Shown: positions 9,218 to 19,207, numbered from the stretch's first letter. The stretch is DNA of 64,000 bases from an uncultured Bacteroidales bacterium (GCA_947074145.1 CAMTOJ010000004.1:20177-84176); one strand, 5' to 3'. Notes: a model not told the origin generated them from the letters alone. Numbers and translations: made by a program.

Positions 9218-9248
9218 ATCTTAGTTGACATTATATATCAACTAAGAT
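9218..9248. terminator. bidirectional terminator between nrdG and the OmpA-like gene
   Basis: ATCTTAGTTGA / TCAACTAAGAT stem flanked by A7 and a T-rich run. Confidence 0.7.
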
Positions 9249-9254
9249 TTCTTT

Positions 9255-9869
9255 TTATAATTTCCCTCTTTTTGCTTGTTTTATCATCTCCTTATTAGGA
9301 ATAAGATAAAAGGTCACTCTCCTATTCTTTTGTCTCTTTGTCATGGAATCATTTTCAGACAAAGGCACAGAATCAGCATAAGAAAATATCTCCATTTTAT
9401 CTTTTGGGACTTTGTTGGTAATAAACCAGTTCTCTATTGCCTTAGCCCTTCCATTAGAAAGAGATTCTAAATATGCTTTTGAACCTGTATTATCGGTGTG
9501 AACTGCAATAATAAGATCTGTAGTATTCTTTCTAAAAAAAGTCAGAATAGGTCTAAGGTTCAGATCTGCCATCTCTGAAAATACAGAATCATTATTTAAA
9601 AACAAAGACTCTGCAGGAACTGTAATTTCCAAAACCTCTCCACCTCTCACTCTTGTAACGGAAACATTTCGAACGGTAGAAAAATACTTTTCCTGACGTT
9701 GCATATATTTAGATATATTAATTCCCGCTTTACCTGAAATTTCTGCTCCTAAGAAGGACTCTTGAGTTCTTTTAACATCATTATTGCTTTTAAATAATGA
9801 TATCGGATTAGAAGCTAAAAGAGCTAATGAAAAAAAGGATAAGAATATTATAATCAGCTGCTTTTTCAT
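9255..9869 (-). CDS. secreted OmpA-like domain protein
   Basis: 204 aa. Signal peptide MKKQLIIIFLSFFSLALLA. C-terminal OmpA-like peptidoglycan-binding motifs VHTDNTGS...NRRVTFYLIP. Confidence 0.6.
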   Translation of the reverse strand: MKKQLIIIFLSFFSLALLASNPISLFKSNNDVKRTQESFLGAEISGKAGINISKYMQRQEKYFSTVRNVSVTRVRGGEVLEITVPAESLFLNNDSVFSEMADLNLRPILTFFRKNTTDLIIAVHTDNTGSKAYLESLSNGRAKAIENWFITNKVPKDKMEIFSYADSVPLSENDSMTKRQKNRRVTFYLIPNKEMIKQAKRGKL

Positions 9870-9970
9870 AGTTATATAGTTTTCATTGTTTCTTTCAATG
9901 TTATAATTCTATGCCCCATATAGAGTTAATATTTCTCTACAATCAAAAGAGACATATCAATGTTATAACA

Positions 9971-10282
9971 TTAAATATCCAATGATTCCTCATAATCAAA
10001 CTCACTTTCAACAACAAATAATACTTCCTCTCTTACAAATTCGAATCCATCACGTTTTGAATTTTTCATTATATAATCAAGTAAATCGTCAATATCAATT
10101 TCAGGATCTTCCTCTAAATCAGGATCAAGCATTCCCTGACTCTCAAAATAATCGTAAATTACATCTGTTATATAAGTTATATCATCATCAGAGAACTTTC
10201 CTTTTAATTCTTGAGGCAAATGATTCTGAATAAATTTTACAGCTTCCTGATCGTCAAAGATCATATCTTCAATTTCTTTCAT
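9971..10282 (-). CDS. small, highly acidic hypothetical protein
   Basis: 103 aa ORF in an otherwise empty interval. By my count 33 D/E versus 8 K/R. No motif recognised. Confidence 0.5.
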   Translation of the reverse strand: MKEIEDMIFDDQEAVKFIQNHLPQELKGKFSDDDITYITDVIYDYFESQGMLDPDLEEDPEIDIDDLLDYIMKNSKRDGFEFVREEVLFVVESEFDYEESLDI

Positions 10283-10589
10283 AATATTATTTTTTTAATT
10301 ATTATATCGCAGTTATACCTGCATATTTTAAAACCTATTGTAAATATATCGAAAATGGGCATATTACTCAAACAATAGTTATTAAAATACTATTTAAACA
10401 TACTTTGAACTATATTTCAAGCTCTGGCTTCCAAATTAACGCATTAATTCGATGACATATATTAAATGCGATAATATTCTAATTAATTTTTGAACCCGGA
10501 TATTTAATCTATATCCTTTTATCAATTCTTTTATTGAATTAATTTCCTGTTTTAAATTTCCCAAATTCGAAAATCCTATTTCCTAAAAT

Positions 10590-12923
10590 TTATAACTGTA
10601 GCTTTTGCAACCCTGCAGTATATCTTTCAAACAAGAAACCTAATCTTTGAGAATCAGACGTAAATTCGACATCTTGAGAATAAGCATTCTCTACTACCTT
10701 GTCTAATTTTACATGCAGCTGTTTAAGCTTCTCAGGCATTGTTAATGGATCATAGAGATATGCAAGATTCTTACCTCTGAATTCATCTCTCAAATAAAGA
10801 ATATCTCTTACGATCTCTTCAATAGCGAACTTTTCTTTTTCAGTAAGTTTGGGAAAAGGAAAACTATTATAACAAAGTTGTCCAGAATACCTAAAATCAT
10901 TCTTCAGTCTACCGCTTATACTTCTTATCCACAACATATGCATTGATGAAGAAAGTATTCCAAAGAGCCATAATGGAGCTTCATAAATAACAAAAGCAGA
11001 GTCTGAGGCAATAGTTTTCTCATAGACATAGCCAATAGGAAGATATTCTCTCTTTTCCGAAGAAACCCTCGGAATCACAATTGCTCTGTTTTGCGGTGTA
11101 AAGAACTCTCTGAACTGATGAGCCCTTTCAGCCAATTTTCTACCTTTTACATCTGTACAAGATAATCGGAATTCTGTTGTCTTCTCAATACGCTCCTTTA
11201 TTATTGGATTAGCAATTGCCTTTTCAAGTTCAGTATCCGAAATCCACAAACAATATCTCTTTTCATTCCTTATAAGCTCTCTTGCCCCCATAAAAGGAAG
11301 AATAATTTCCTCTGCAGTTGGATACTCTTTAATTATATTATCCTTCTCTTCCTCTGTCAAAGCCAAATATCCATTATCATAAGCCATAGCACCATAATTA
11401 ATTTTCGGAATATCATCTGGTGATTTATAACTCTTCTCAATCGCTATAGGATACCCGGCTGTCAAATAAGGTGTAATAGATTTTACAATAATCTTTTTCC
11501 CATTATCATAAAGATATTTTTTTTGTCTTTTTATTGAATCAGCTCCAATAATAACGCAAGTTACTCCCGCTTTATCTTTCACATTATTTGACCAAAGAAA
11601 AGAGGTATAAGCAAAACTAATACTTAATCCCAAATCAAATATAGGTTTCCAAAGCAAGCTCACCTGTTCACCCTGAGTAATGGAATTAGTGGAAACAAAG
11701 GCAAAACTACCTTTTGTATCCATTATATACTTAGAAGCAAGCCAAAACCAATTGGTAATATAATCGAGTACTTTATTATTTTTAAGATCCTTCAATACTA
11801 TCTCAGAATCTCTTCGTTGATTGGGAGTTTGCATTTTACTTCCTGCAAAAGGAGGATTACCCATTATATAAACTTTCGAATCCTGACTCTTCGGACAGAC
11901 CACTGCCCAATCAATATAACATGAATTAGCACAATGAATATTCGATAATTTCTTAAGTGGTAGTGCCTCTATTTGTACACCAACAAACTCCTCAATAAAT
12001 ATTGCATTCATCTGGTGCTCCACAAGCCATAAAGATAGCATAGCAGTTTGTGAAATAAACTCATCAATTTCTATTCCATAAAACTGATCAAGCGTAACAC
12101 AAACAAAAGGTAGAGATAGTTGACCGAATGAAAGTTCTCTTATTCTTTTCCATATTTTGATCTCTAAAATTCTTAACTCTTTATATGTTACAATAAGAAA
12201 GTTGCCATTTCCACAAGCCGGATCAAAAAATTTCATTTGAGAAACTTTTGTCAATAATGAGTTCAGCTTTTTTCTATTATTGTAAGCTTTGTCAAAATCA
12301 AAATATAATTCATCAAGAAACAAAGGCTTTATCAGCTTCATTATATTAGGAATACTTGTATAGTGAATCCCTAAAAAATAACGCTCATCAGTAGATACGA
12401 CAGATTGTATAATCGATCCGAAAATATCCGGATTAACTAATGTCCAATCCAATTCGGTACAATTCAATATCAAATCTCTTGCAACCTCATCAAGATATGG
12501 AATCTCTATTTTATTGCTAAAAAGTCCTCCGTTTACATATGGAAATTGATCAACATCAGAACAAGAATCACTTCTCTGTTCCATATTGGTATCCATAATA
12601 TCAAAACATCTACTAAGATATTCCCTTAGATTTGTACCATCGCAACAGGTGTACTCTTTAATAGAATCTGTAAAAATACCTTTTGCAAATATCCCTATAT
12701 CCTCAGAAAAAAAACAAAAAAGAAGTCTTGAAAGAAAAGTATTAAGATCGGGATTGATATGTGAAGAATACTTATTTATTTTTTGAATCCACTGATTAAG
12801 CTTCGACATCCTTTGAGCAGCCTCAAGATCATATAAATTCTCACCAACCTCTTCACAATCCTCAATTTTAAGAACGTATTCATTCTTTATTGAATTTATT
12901 CCGTCTTTTCTATTCGAAGTCAT
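10590..12923 (-). CDS. MmeI-family (Type IIL/IIG-like, YeeA-like) N6-adenine DNA methyltransferase lacking the N-terminal nuclease domain
   Basis: 777 aa. MmeI-connector hallmark RLLFCFFSEDIGIF near the N-terminus, SAM motif I FFDPACGNGNFL, catalytic motif IV GNPPFAG, long C-terminal TRD-like region. Confidence 0.8.
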   Translation of the reverse strand: MTSNRKDGINSIKNEYVLKIEDCEEVGENLYDLEAAQRMSKLNQWIQKINKYSSHINPDLNTFLSRLLFCFFSEDIGIFAKGIFTDSIKEYTCCDGTNLREYLSRCFDIMDTNMEQRSDSCSDVDQFPYVNGGLFSNKIEIPYLDEVARDLILNCTELDWTLVNPDIFGSIIQSVVSTDERYFLGIHYTSIPNIMKLIKPLFLDELYFDFDKAYNNRKKLNSLLTKVSQMKFFDPACGNGNFLIVTYKELRILEIKIWKRIRELSFGQLSLPFVCVTLDQFYGIEIDEFISQTAMLSLWLVEHQMNAIFIEEFVGVQIEALPLKKLSNIHCANSCYIDWAVVCPKSQDSKVYIMGNPPFAGSKMQTPNQRRDSEIVLKDLKNNKVLDYITNWFWLASKYIMDTKGSFAFVSTNSITQGEQVSLLWKPIFDLGLSISFAYTSFLWSNNVKDKAGVTCVIIGADSIKRQKKYLYDNGKKIIVKSITPYLTAGYPIAIEKSYKSPDDIPKINYGAMAYDNGYLALTEEEKDNIIKEYPTAEEIILPFMGARELIRNEKRYCLWISDTELEKAIANPIIKERIEKTTEFRLSCTDVKGRKLAERAHQFREFFTPQNRAIVIPRVSSEKREYLPIGYVYEKTIASDSAFVIYEAPLWLFGILSSSMHMLWIRSISGRLKNDFRYSGQLCYNSFPFPKLTEKEKFAIEEIVRDILYLRDEFRGKNLAYLYDPLTMPEKLKQLHVKLDKVVENAYSQDVEFTSDSQRLGFLFERYTAGLQKLQL

Positions 12924-12952
12924 TTACTTATTAATTCTATTATTAATTAAAA

Positions 12953-12989
12953 AGACCGAATCAGATATGTATTGTACCTTATTCGGTCT
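12953..12989 (-). terminator. terminator after rlmI, 25-30 nt upstream of the methyltransferase start
   Basis: AGACCGAAT / ATTCGGTCT stem with an A run on the plus strand (T run for the minus-strand transcript). Confidence 0.55.
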
Positions 12990-13020
12990 GTATATTTTTA
13001 TCAATTATATCAGATAAATT

Positions 13021-14208
13021 TTATTCCACATAAAGAACAAGCCCCTTTAGATATTCACCTTCCGGATGATAAATATTTATCGGATGATCTAAAGGCTGTG
13101 TCATTTGATGTATTATTCTCACTCTTCGTCCACTCTGAGCTGCGGCACTAAAAACTGCTAATCTGAAATTTTCTTTGGACACGACCTGAGAACAAGAGAA
13201 TGTAAATAATATTCCACCCGGTTTTATCTTCTCGAAAGCCTTAGCATTAAGTCTTCTATATCCTTGAAGTGCATTTCTTAGTACATTTTTATGCTTTGCA
13301 AAAGCCGGAGGATCCAGAATAATCAGATCATATTGGTCACCCATCTTATCAAGATATTTGAAAGCATCCTCAGCATAAGCCTCATGTCTTTCATCTCCCG
13401 GATAATTCAATTCAACATTTTTCTTTGTAAGATCTATAGCCTTGGCAGATGAATCTACAGAATGTACAAGTTTAGCTCCACCTCTCATGGCATAAAAAGA
13501 AAAACCACCGGTATAGCAAAACATATTAAGTACGGCTCTGTTCTTTGAAAAACGCTCCACTATCGATCTATTTTCTCTTTGATCCACGAAAAAGCCTGTC
13601 TTTTGGCCTCTTAACCAATCTACATGAAACTTCAACCCATTCTCAAGAGCGATATCCGAATTATTATATTCACCTATTAAATATCCGTTTTCGGCACCTA
13701 AATCAGCCTTGTATGGCAGAGTTGTTTCAGATTTATAATATACATTTTTTATTACACCTGCAGAAATTTCAACAAGCGCCTTTGCAAGAGTTTCTCTTAC
13801 ATAATGCATCCCCGGAGTATGAGCTTGCATTACGGCGGTATCTGAATAAATATCTATAATAAGTCCTGGCAAATAATCTCCTTCACCATGTACTAATCTG
13901 AACGTATTATTATTAGTATTTATAAGACCTAAACTTTCTCTAAGAGAATAAGCAACTTCCAATCTCTTTTTCCAAAATTCAAAATCAATTATCTCCTGAT
14001 CGAATGTAAGAACTCGAACAGCGATACTACCAATTTGATAATGTCCGTAAGCTATAAAATTATTATTTGAATCAACAACTTCAACAACATCGCCCTCTTC
14101 AGGCTGAGCCTCAAAACGAGCTATTGCTCCTGAGAAAATCCAAGGATGGAATCGTTTTAGCGACTCTTCTTTTCCTGGTTTAAGTTGAATCTTTAAGTAT
14201 TTCGTCAT
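13021..14208 (-). CDS. rlmI: 23S rRNA (cytosine-C5) methyltransferase, RlmI-like (PUA plus class I SAM MTase)
   Basis: 395 aa. PUA-like N-terminus (HPWIFSGAI), LNMFCYTGGFS and DPPAF motifs. Confidence 0.85.
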   Translation of the reverse strand: MTKYLKIQLKPGKEESLKRFHPWIFSGAIARFEAQPEEGDVVEVVDSNNNFIAYGHYQIGSIAVRVLTFDQEIIDFEFWKKRLEVAYSLRESLGLINTNNNTFRLVHGEGDYLPGLIIDIYSDTAVMQAHTPGMHYVRETLAKALVEISAGVIKNVYYKSETTLPYKADLGAENGYLIGEYNNSDIALENGLKFHVDWLRGQKTGFFVDQRENRSIVERFSKNRAVLNMFCYTGGFSFYAMRGGAKLVHSVDSSAKAIDLTKKNVELNYPGDERHEAYAEDAFKYLDKMGDQYDLIILDPPAFAKHKNVLRNALQGYRRLNAKAFEKIKPGGILFTFSCSQVVSKENFRLAVFSAAAQSGRRVRIIHQMTQPLDHPINIYHPEGEYLKGLVLYVE

Positions 14209-14226
14209 TTGTATATTTATTAATAA

Positions 14227-14250
14227 AGACCGGAATTTATATTCCGGCCT
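14227..14250 (-). terminator. hairpin after rseP
   Basis: AGACCGGAAT / ATTCCGGCCT stem (one mismatch), T-rich tail on the minus strand. Confidence 0.45.
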
Positions 14251-14279
14251 TTAATTATATTATTTTGAATTTTATCTAA

Positions 14280-15596
14280 TTATTTAAACAATAATTTAAA
14301 TATATCATTTCCGTTTGCAAAGATCATCAATGCAAAAAGAATCAACATACCAGCCACCTGAGCATATTCAAGGAATTTTTCACTCGGTTTTCTACGTGTT
14401 ATAATCTCATAAAGAAGGAAGAAAATATGTCCACCATCTAATGCAGGTATTGGAAGAATATTCATAAATCCAAGCATTATAGAGAGTAAAGCGGTCAAAC
14501 TCCAAAAAGAGTACCAATCCCAAGCAGAAGGAAAAATATTTCCTATCGCTATAAAACCACCAAGACTTTGCGCTCCTTCTTTTGTAAAGAAATATTTAAG
14601 AGAAGATACATAACTTGCAAGTTTGTCATAACATTTCTCTATTCCGACAGGGAAAGATTGCCAAATAGTATATTTCTTATATTCGATGTCAAACATCTGC
14701 ATAAAATTCTTTGCATAAACACCGATTTTACCATTCTCATCAATCATTAAAGGCAAAGTCAGCATCTCTCCATTTCTGTAAAGAGTAACATCAAGTTGCG
14801 AGTCTTTATTATCTGCAAATATCTTTGTTATATTTTCATATGAAGATGTCGGTTCATTATTAACAGCCACAATACTATCGTTAGCTAACAAGCCCGCCGT
14901 ATTAGCATTACTCTGAGGCATTACTTCGGCAATCACAAAAGGCATTCTTATCCAGGCAAATCTCTCATTACCCCTTGCTATAATATTTTGCATGAAATCA
15001 GCAGGCATAACAATATCTACCAATTCATTATTACGTTGTACTGTAACCTTTTGAGACTCTCCTATTTTTTGTATATCAAGTTCTTTAAGCTCTACTCCAT
15101 CAACACCATAAATTATGTCTCCATTTTCAAAACCTACTGTTTTTGCATAATCGGAAAATTCCATCCCAGTTTTTACATTTCTCAATGGAAGTATCATATC
15201 ACCCCAATGATAAGCGATTCCGGCGTAAATAAGTATTGCCAAAATAAAATTAAATAGAACTCCCCCTCCCATAATCAACAAACGAGGGAAAGCCTTTTTT
15301 GAACGGAATTCCCATGGCTGTGGAGGTTTAGCAAGTTGTTCTTTGTCCATAGATTCATCAATCATCCCGGCAATCTTCACATAACCACCCAAAGGCAACC
15401 AACCTACACCATATTCGGTATCTGAATTCTTGGGCTTAAATTTAAAAAGTGAGAACCACGGATTGAAGAAAAGATAAAATTTCTCTACACGAACTTTGAA
15501 TATACGAGCAAATATGAAATGACCAAATTCATGTACTATTACCAGTATCGAAAAGGCCAAAATTAATTGTAATGCTTTTACTAAGAAAACCTGCAT
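14280..15596 (-). CDS. rseP: RIP site-2 metalloprotease RseP
   Basis: 438 aa. HEFGH zinc motif, central PDZ region, NILPIPALDGG motif. Confidence 0.9.
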   Translation of the reverse strand: MQVFLVKALQLILAFSILVIVHEFGHFIFARIFKVRVEKFYLFFNPWFSLFKFKPKNSDTEYGVGWLPLGGYVKIAGMIDESMDKEQLAKPPQPWEFRSKKAFPRLLIMGGGVLFNFILAILIYAGIAYHWGDMILPLRNVKTGMEFSDYAKTVGFENGDIIYGVDGVELKELDIQKIGESQKVTVQRNNELVDIVMPADFMQNIIARGNERFAWIRMPFVIAEVMPQSNANTAGLLANDSIVAVNNEPTSSYENITKIFADNKDSQLDVTLYRNGEMLTLPLMIDENGKIGVYAKNFMQMFDIEYKKYTIWQSFPVGIEKCYDKLASYVSSLKYFFTKEGAQSLGGFIAIGNIFPSAWDWYSFWSLTALLSIMLGFMNILPIPALDGGHIFFLLYEIITRRKPSEKFLEYAQVAGMLILFALMIFANGNDIFKLLFK

Positions 15597-15627
15597 ATTA
15601 GGATAATGTTATTAAATTTTACGATTG

Positions 15628-15635
15628 CAAAAATA
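15628..15635 (-). promoter_or_regulatory. -7 box TATTTTTG upstream of rseP
   Basis: The reverse complement of caaaaata matches TAnnTTTG, about 32 nt upstream of the start. Confidence 0.4.
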
Positions 15636-15705
15636 GTCTGAATTTTTCAACAATGTTTTAAATCAAATGAATGAAATATTGAATCTTTATTCAACTTAAT
15701 ATTTA

Positions 15706-16857
15706 TTATAGTTTTGACAAGGCAAATTCTCTTGCCGCTTTATCTGTCTCTACAAAATCTGAGTACCGGGGGCTCTCGATATAGTGGATATTATTCAATG
15801 TCTGTTGTATGATATCTGACATTTGATAAAAAGAACATCTATCCTTTAGAAAAGCATCCACAACTATCTCATTTGCCGCATTTAAAATACAAGGAGCATT
15901 ACCTCCTTTTCTTATAGCTTCAAATGAAAGAGCAAGATTTGGAAATCTCTCCATATCAGGTTTCTCGAAAGTCAATGATGCATAATCGGCAAGTGACATT
16001 CTGGGATTATTATTACTTTTCATCCTTAAAGGATATGAAAGAGCATAAGCAATTGGCACTTTCATATCAGGCATACCAAGTTGAGCCTTTACTGCTCCAT
16101 CTTCAAATTGAACCATAGAATGAACAATAGATTGAGGATGCACCACAACTTCAATCTGATCAATAGCCAGATCAAAAAGCCATTTTGCTTCAATCATTTC
16201 AAAACCTTTATTCATTAAAGTGGCCGAATCAATAGTGATCTTTGCACCCATATCCCAATTAGGATGTTTTAATGCTTGTTTAGCCGTAACCTTTTTTAAT
16301 TCATCAGCCGACATCATTCGAAACGGTCCTCCTGATGCAGTCAACATTATCTTTTCTATTGGATTATAATCCTCTCCGACCAAACATTGAAATATTGCAG
16401 AATGTTCTGAGTCTACAGGCAAAACCGATACCCGATGTTTTGCAGTTAGTTCTTTTATCAACTCTCCCGCCACAACAAGAGTTTCCTTATTTGCAAGAGC
16501 TATGCTCTTACCCGCTTTTATGGCATTTATCACTGGCTTCAAGCCCGAATAACCCACCATAGAGGCCACGACCATATCTATATTCGAATCCTCTACAATC
16601 TGAGCGATTGCATCCTGACCGGCATATATCTTTATATCCTCATCTTTAAGCGCTTCCTTTACCTGATTATACTTATCGAAATTTGCAATAACAACATTAT
16701 CAGGTTTAAACTTAAGAGCCTGTTGTATAAGTAAATCAGCATTATTATTTGCAGTAATAGTTAATACTTCAAATTGATCAGGCTGTTCTGCAATCACATC
16801 AAGGGTCTGAGTTCCGATAGAACCAGTAGAACCTAAAATTGCTATTTTTTTCTTCAT
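15706..16857 (-). CDS. dxr: 1-deoxy-D-xylulose 5-phosphate reductoisomerase
   Basis: 383 aa. ILGSTGSIGTQTLDV NADPH-binding N-terminus; Dxr core motifs (LPVDSEHSAIFQC). Confidence 0.95.
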   Translation of the reverse strand: MKKKIAILGSTGSIGTQTLDVIAEQPDQFEVLTITANNNADLLIQQALKFKPDNVVIANFDKYNQVKEALKDEDIKIYAGQDAIAQIVEDSNIDMVVASMVGYSGLKPVINAIKAGKSIALANKETLVVAGELIKELTAKHRVSVLPVDSEHSAIFQCLVGEDYNPIEKIMLTASGGPFRMMSADELKKVTAKQALKHPNWDMGAKITIDSATLMNKGFEMIEAKWLFDLAIDQIEVVVHPQSIVHSMVQFEDGAVKAQLGMPDMKVPIAYALSYPLRMKSNNNPRMSLADYASLTFEKPDMERFPNLALSFEAIRKGGNAPCILNAANEIVVDAFLKDRCSFYQMSDIIQQTLNNIHYIESPRYSDFVETDKAAREFALSKL

Positions 16858-16861
16858 TGAT

Positions 16862-17725
16862 CTAAAAATTAATATATTCTTCAGGATTTACCCTATTGCC
16901 ATTATGCCATAGTTCATAAATAAGTTGTGGCTGTGTTTCATCTTGCGATTTTGTACTCATAACACCTATTATCTCTCCTGTTAAAATCTTTTCTCCTATG
17001 TTTTTTCTTAGTGTTGGGATATTTTTAAATATCGATATAAAATTATTCTTATGAAGAACAACAATCGCATATTTATCTTTTATAGTATAATCTGTATTTA
17101 TCATCACTCCCTCCAATGGATTAGATACCAATGCATTTCTTGCACATAAGATCTCTAATGTATTTTCAGTGTCCAATATTGAGCGACGCTTGTTTATTAC
17201 TCCCTTTACAGGGCTTATAAAACTCAATCCCTCAGCTGCATTATGAGATATAAGTTCGGAAAGATTATATTTCTCTTCCTCTTCGAAATTTTTTATAAAA
17301 TCGATTTCAGAATCGGTTCTTCCCGGCAAATCCTCTGCCGACAGATATATTAAAGTATCAGAGGGTATAAGAAATTCCTGATCCAATGCATATTCAACCT
17401 CAGCGTTTAGAATGCGTCGGAGATTCTCCATATAGTTTTCTATTTTCCTACTTTTTAGATACAGAGAGTCCATGTCAAAATTATTCTGTATAACCTCCGC
17501 CTTAGTACCAAAGTCCATATACCCGGGTAGAAAAACCCTAAAAGGTGTATAACTGCAACTAATAACGCTAAAAAAATAAAATAGAATGAATAGAATTATC
17601 CCACAAAGCAATCCTTGTGTTTTATTAATTGTAATCTGCTTTCTATTAGAAGATAGATTTATTACGATCGTTAAAGATTTTATTCCTCTCAGACGATTGA
17701 TGAATCCTAATTTATTCTTTGTCAT
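16862..17725 (-). CDS. membrane-anchored LytM/M23-like protein with degenerate active site
   Basis: 287 aa, one TM. C-terminal GEIIGVMS...LIYELWHNGNRVNPEEY resembles the M23 C-terminus, but I could not find the HxH and HxxxD zinc ligands. Confidence 0.6.
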   Translation of the reverse strand: MTKNKLGFINRLRGIKSLTIVINLSSNRKQITINKTQGLLCGIILFILFYFFSVISCSYTPFRVFLPGYMDFGTKAEVIQNNFDMDSLYLKSRKIENYMENLRRILNAEVEYALDQEFLIPSDTLIYLSAEDLPGRTDSEIDFIKNFEEEEKYNLSELISHNAAEGLSFISPVKGVINKRRSILDTENTLEILCARNALVSNPLEGVMINTDYTIKDKYAIVVLHKNNFISIFKNIPTLRKNIGEKILTGEIIGVMSTKSQDETQPQLIYELWHNGNRVNPEEYINF

Positions 17726-17745
17726 TCTTTAATTTATAACATTCG

Positions 17746-17753
17746 CAAAACTA
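17746..17753 (-). promoter_or_regulatory. -7 box TAGTTTTG upstream of the LytM-like gene and dxr
   Basis: The reverse complement of caaaacta matches TAnnTTTG, 21 nt upstream of the start. Confidence 0.4.
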
Positions 17754-17998
17754 ATAAAAAACCCTCAACAATGCAGTTCTGATAATATATAAAATGACTT
17801 TTAAAGTTTGCCGAGTTAAAAGTTTACAAAACTATAAGCACTCTGAACATTATATATGAACATGCGTTTTTAAAGTAAAATAAGCAATAAATAAACTGAA
17901 TCAATAATAATTAATGGTGATAATTTTTAATAGAACTAATAACATTATCAGTTAAAAAACAAAACAATTCTGATGTCAAACTAATAATTAAGAACAAA

Positions 17999-19162
17999 AT
18001 GAAAAAGAAAAATTTAATAGTTTTTGGTTTAATGCTGGTGACTCTTTTACCTTTCTCTTCTACTAATGTATCAGCTCAGGCTGTAGATACAAGCAGCAAA
18101 AACCATTATTATGAAACAAGCTTTGGCGACAATTGGTATATTTCTGCCGGTGCCGGAGTTAACTTTTATATGCAACAAAAAATTAACGGATTCAAACCTG
18201 ACCATCCTCTAACAATTTTAGGAAGCATTGCTGCTGGAAAATGGTTTACTCCTTATTTAGGATTAAGACTTGAAGGAAATTATGGAGAATTAAAACTTTA
18301 CAAACCGGGTCTTAATGGTGGAAAAGACAAAAAGAATATCGGATATCTTGGATTCTATGGTGATTTGACTTGGAATTTATCAAACACTTTCTGGGGCTAC
18401 AATCCTGAAAGAGTCGTAGATGTGATTCCTTTCGGAGGTATTTCTTATCTTGCTACTTTAAAAGATAATTTCGCAGGTTGGAAACCTTGGGAATTACCAA
18501 TTTCATTAGGTGTTAAAGTTAATTTCAACATTACTCATTTAATTGATATTTATATACAGGATAGATTTGTCTTTACTTCACAACGATTCAGCGGAATGAA
18601 CGGTTCTCATTACTTAGAACCTATTATGTCACTTTCTGCAGGTATTACGTTCAAACTTGGTCAAAACAGATTTACTGCTTACAATCCTTATGAAGAACAG
18701 CTATTGGTAAACAATCTTAACGATAAAATCAATATGCTAAGACAAGAACTTAACAAATGCGAAAGCAGAAAATGTTTAACTGAAGCTGACGTTAAGAAAG
18801 AGATTGCTCAAGATTGTCCTCCATGTGATTTGAACTCTGTAGTAAGATTCAGAATCAACAGTGCAGTTATTTCAAGAGAACAACAAGTTAATGTATTCAA
18901 TGCAGCTGAATGGATGAAAAATCACCCTAAAGCAGTTATCGAAGTTGTTGGTTACGCAGATAAAGATACAGGTACTCCTGAATACAACATGGAACTAAGT
19001 ATGCGTAGAGCTCAGGCTGTTGCTAAAGAACTTACAACTACTTACAAAATTGACAAAAACAGAATTAAAGTGATCGCGAAAGGTTCTACAGAACAACCTT
19101 ATCCTGACCATAATGACTGGAACCGTGTGGTATTATTCGTAAACGAACACTCTTCAAAATAG
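17999..19162 (+). CDS. OmpA family outer membrane protein (beta-barrel plus OmpA C-terminal domain)
   Basis: 387 aa. Signal peptide, aromatic-rich barrel region, C-terminal VVGYADKDTGTPEYNMELSMRRAQAV. Confidence 0.8.
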   Translation: MKKKNLIVFGLMLVTLLPFSSTNVSAQAVDTSSKNHYYETSFGDNWYISAGAGVNFYMQQKINGFKPDHPLTILGSIAAGKWFTPYLGLRLEGNYGELKLYKPGLNGGKDKKNIGYLGFYGDLTWNLSNTFWGYNPERVVDVIPFGGISYLATLKDNFAGWKPWELPISLGVKVNFNITHLIDIYIQDRFVFTSQRFSGMNGSHYLEPIMSLSAGITFKLGQNRFTAYNPYEEQLLVNNLNDKINMLRQELNKCESRKCLTEADVKKEIAQDCPPCDLNSVVRFRINSAVISREQQVNVFNAAEWMKNHPKAVIEVVGYADKDTGTPEYNMELSMRRAQAVAKELTTTYKIDKNRIKVIAKGSTEQPYPDHNDWNRVVLFVNEHSSK

Positions 19163-19177
19163 ACATTCAGAAAAAAA

Positions 19178-19207
19178 AATAACTGATAGATTCTTCTATC
19201 AGTTATT
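19178..19207 (-). terminator. hairpin with a T9 tail on the minus strand (candidate focA terminator)
   Basis: AATAACTGATAGA / TCTATCAGTTATT 13-bp stem preceded by A9 on the plus strand. Confidence 0.5.

Noticed and set aside
12707-12721. A8-C-A6 homopolymer tracts (T6-G-T8 on the coding strand) near the 5' end of the methyltransferase gene, considered as a phase-variation switch.
   Set aside because: The tract encodes the conserved LFCFFS connector motif with Phe codons. It is short for slipped-strand switching, and runs of this length are expected in such AT-rich DNA. It would only be worth revisiting if read-level length heterogeneity is seen.
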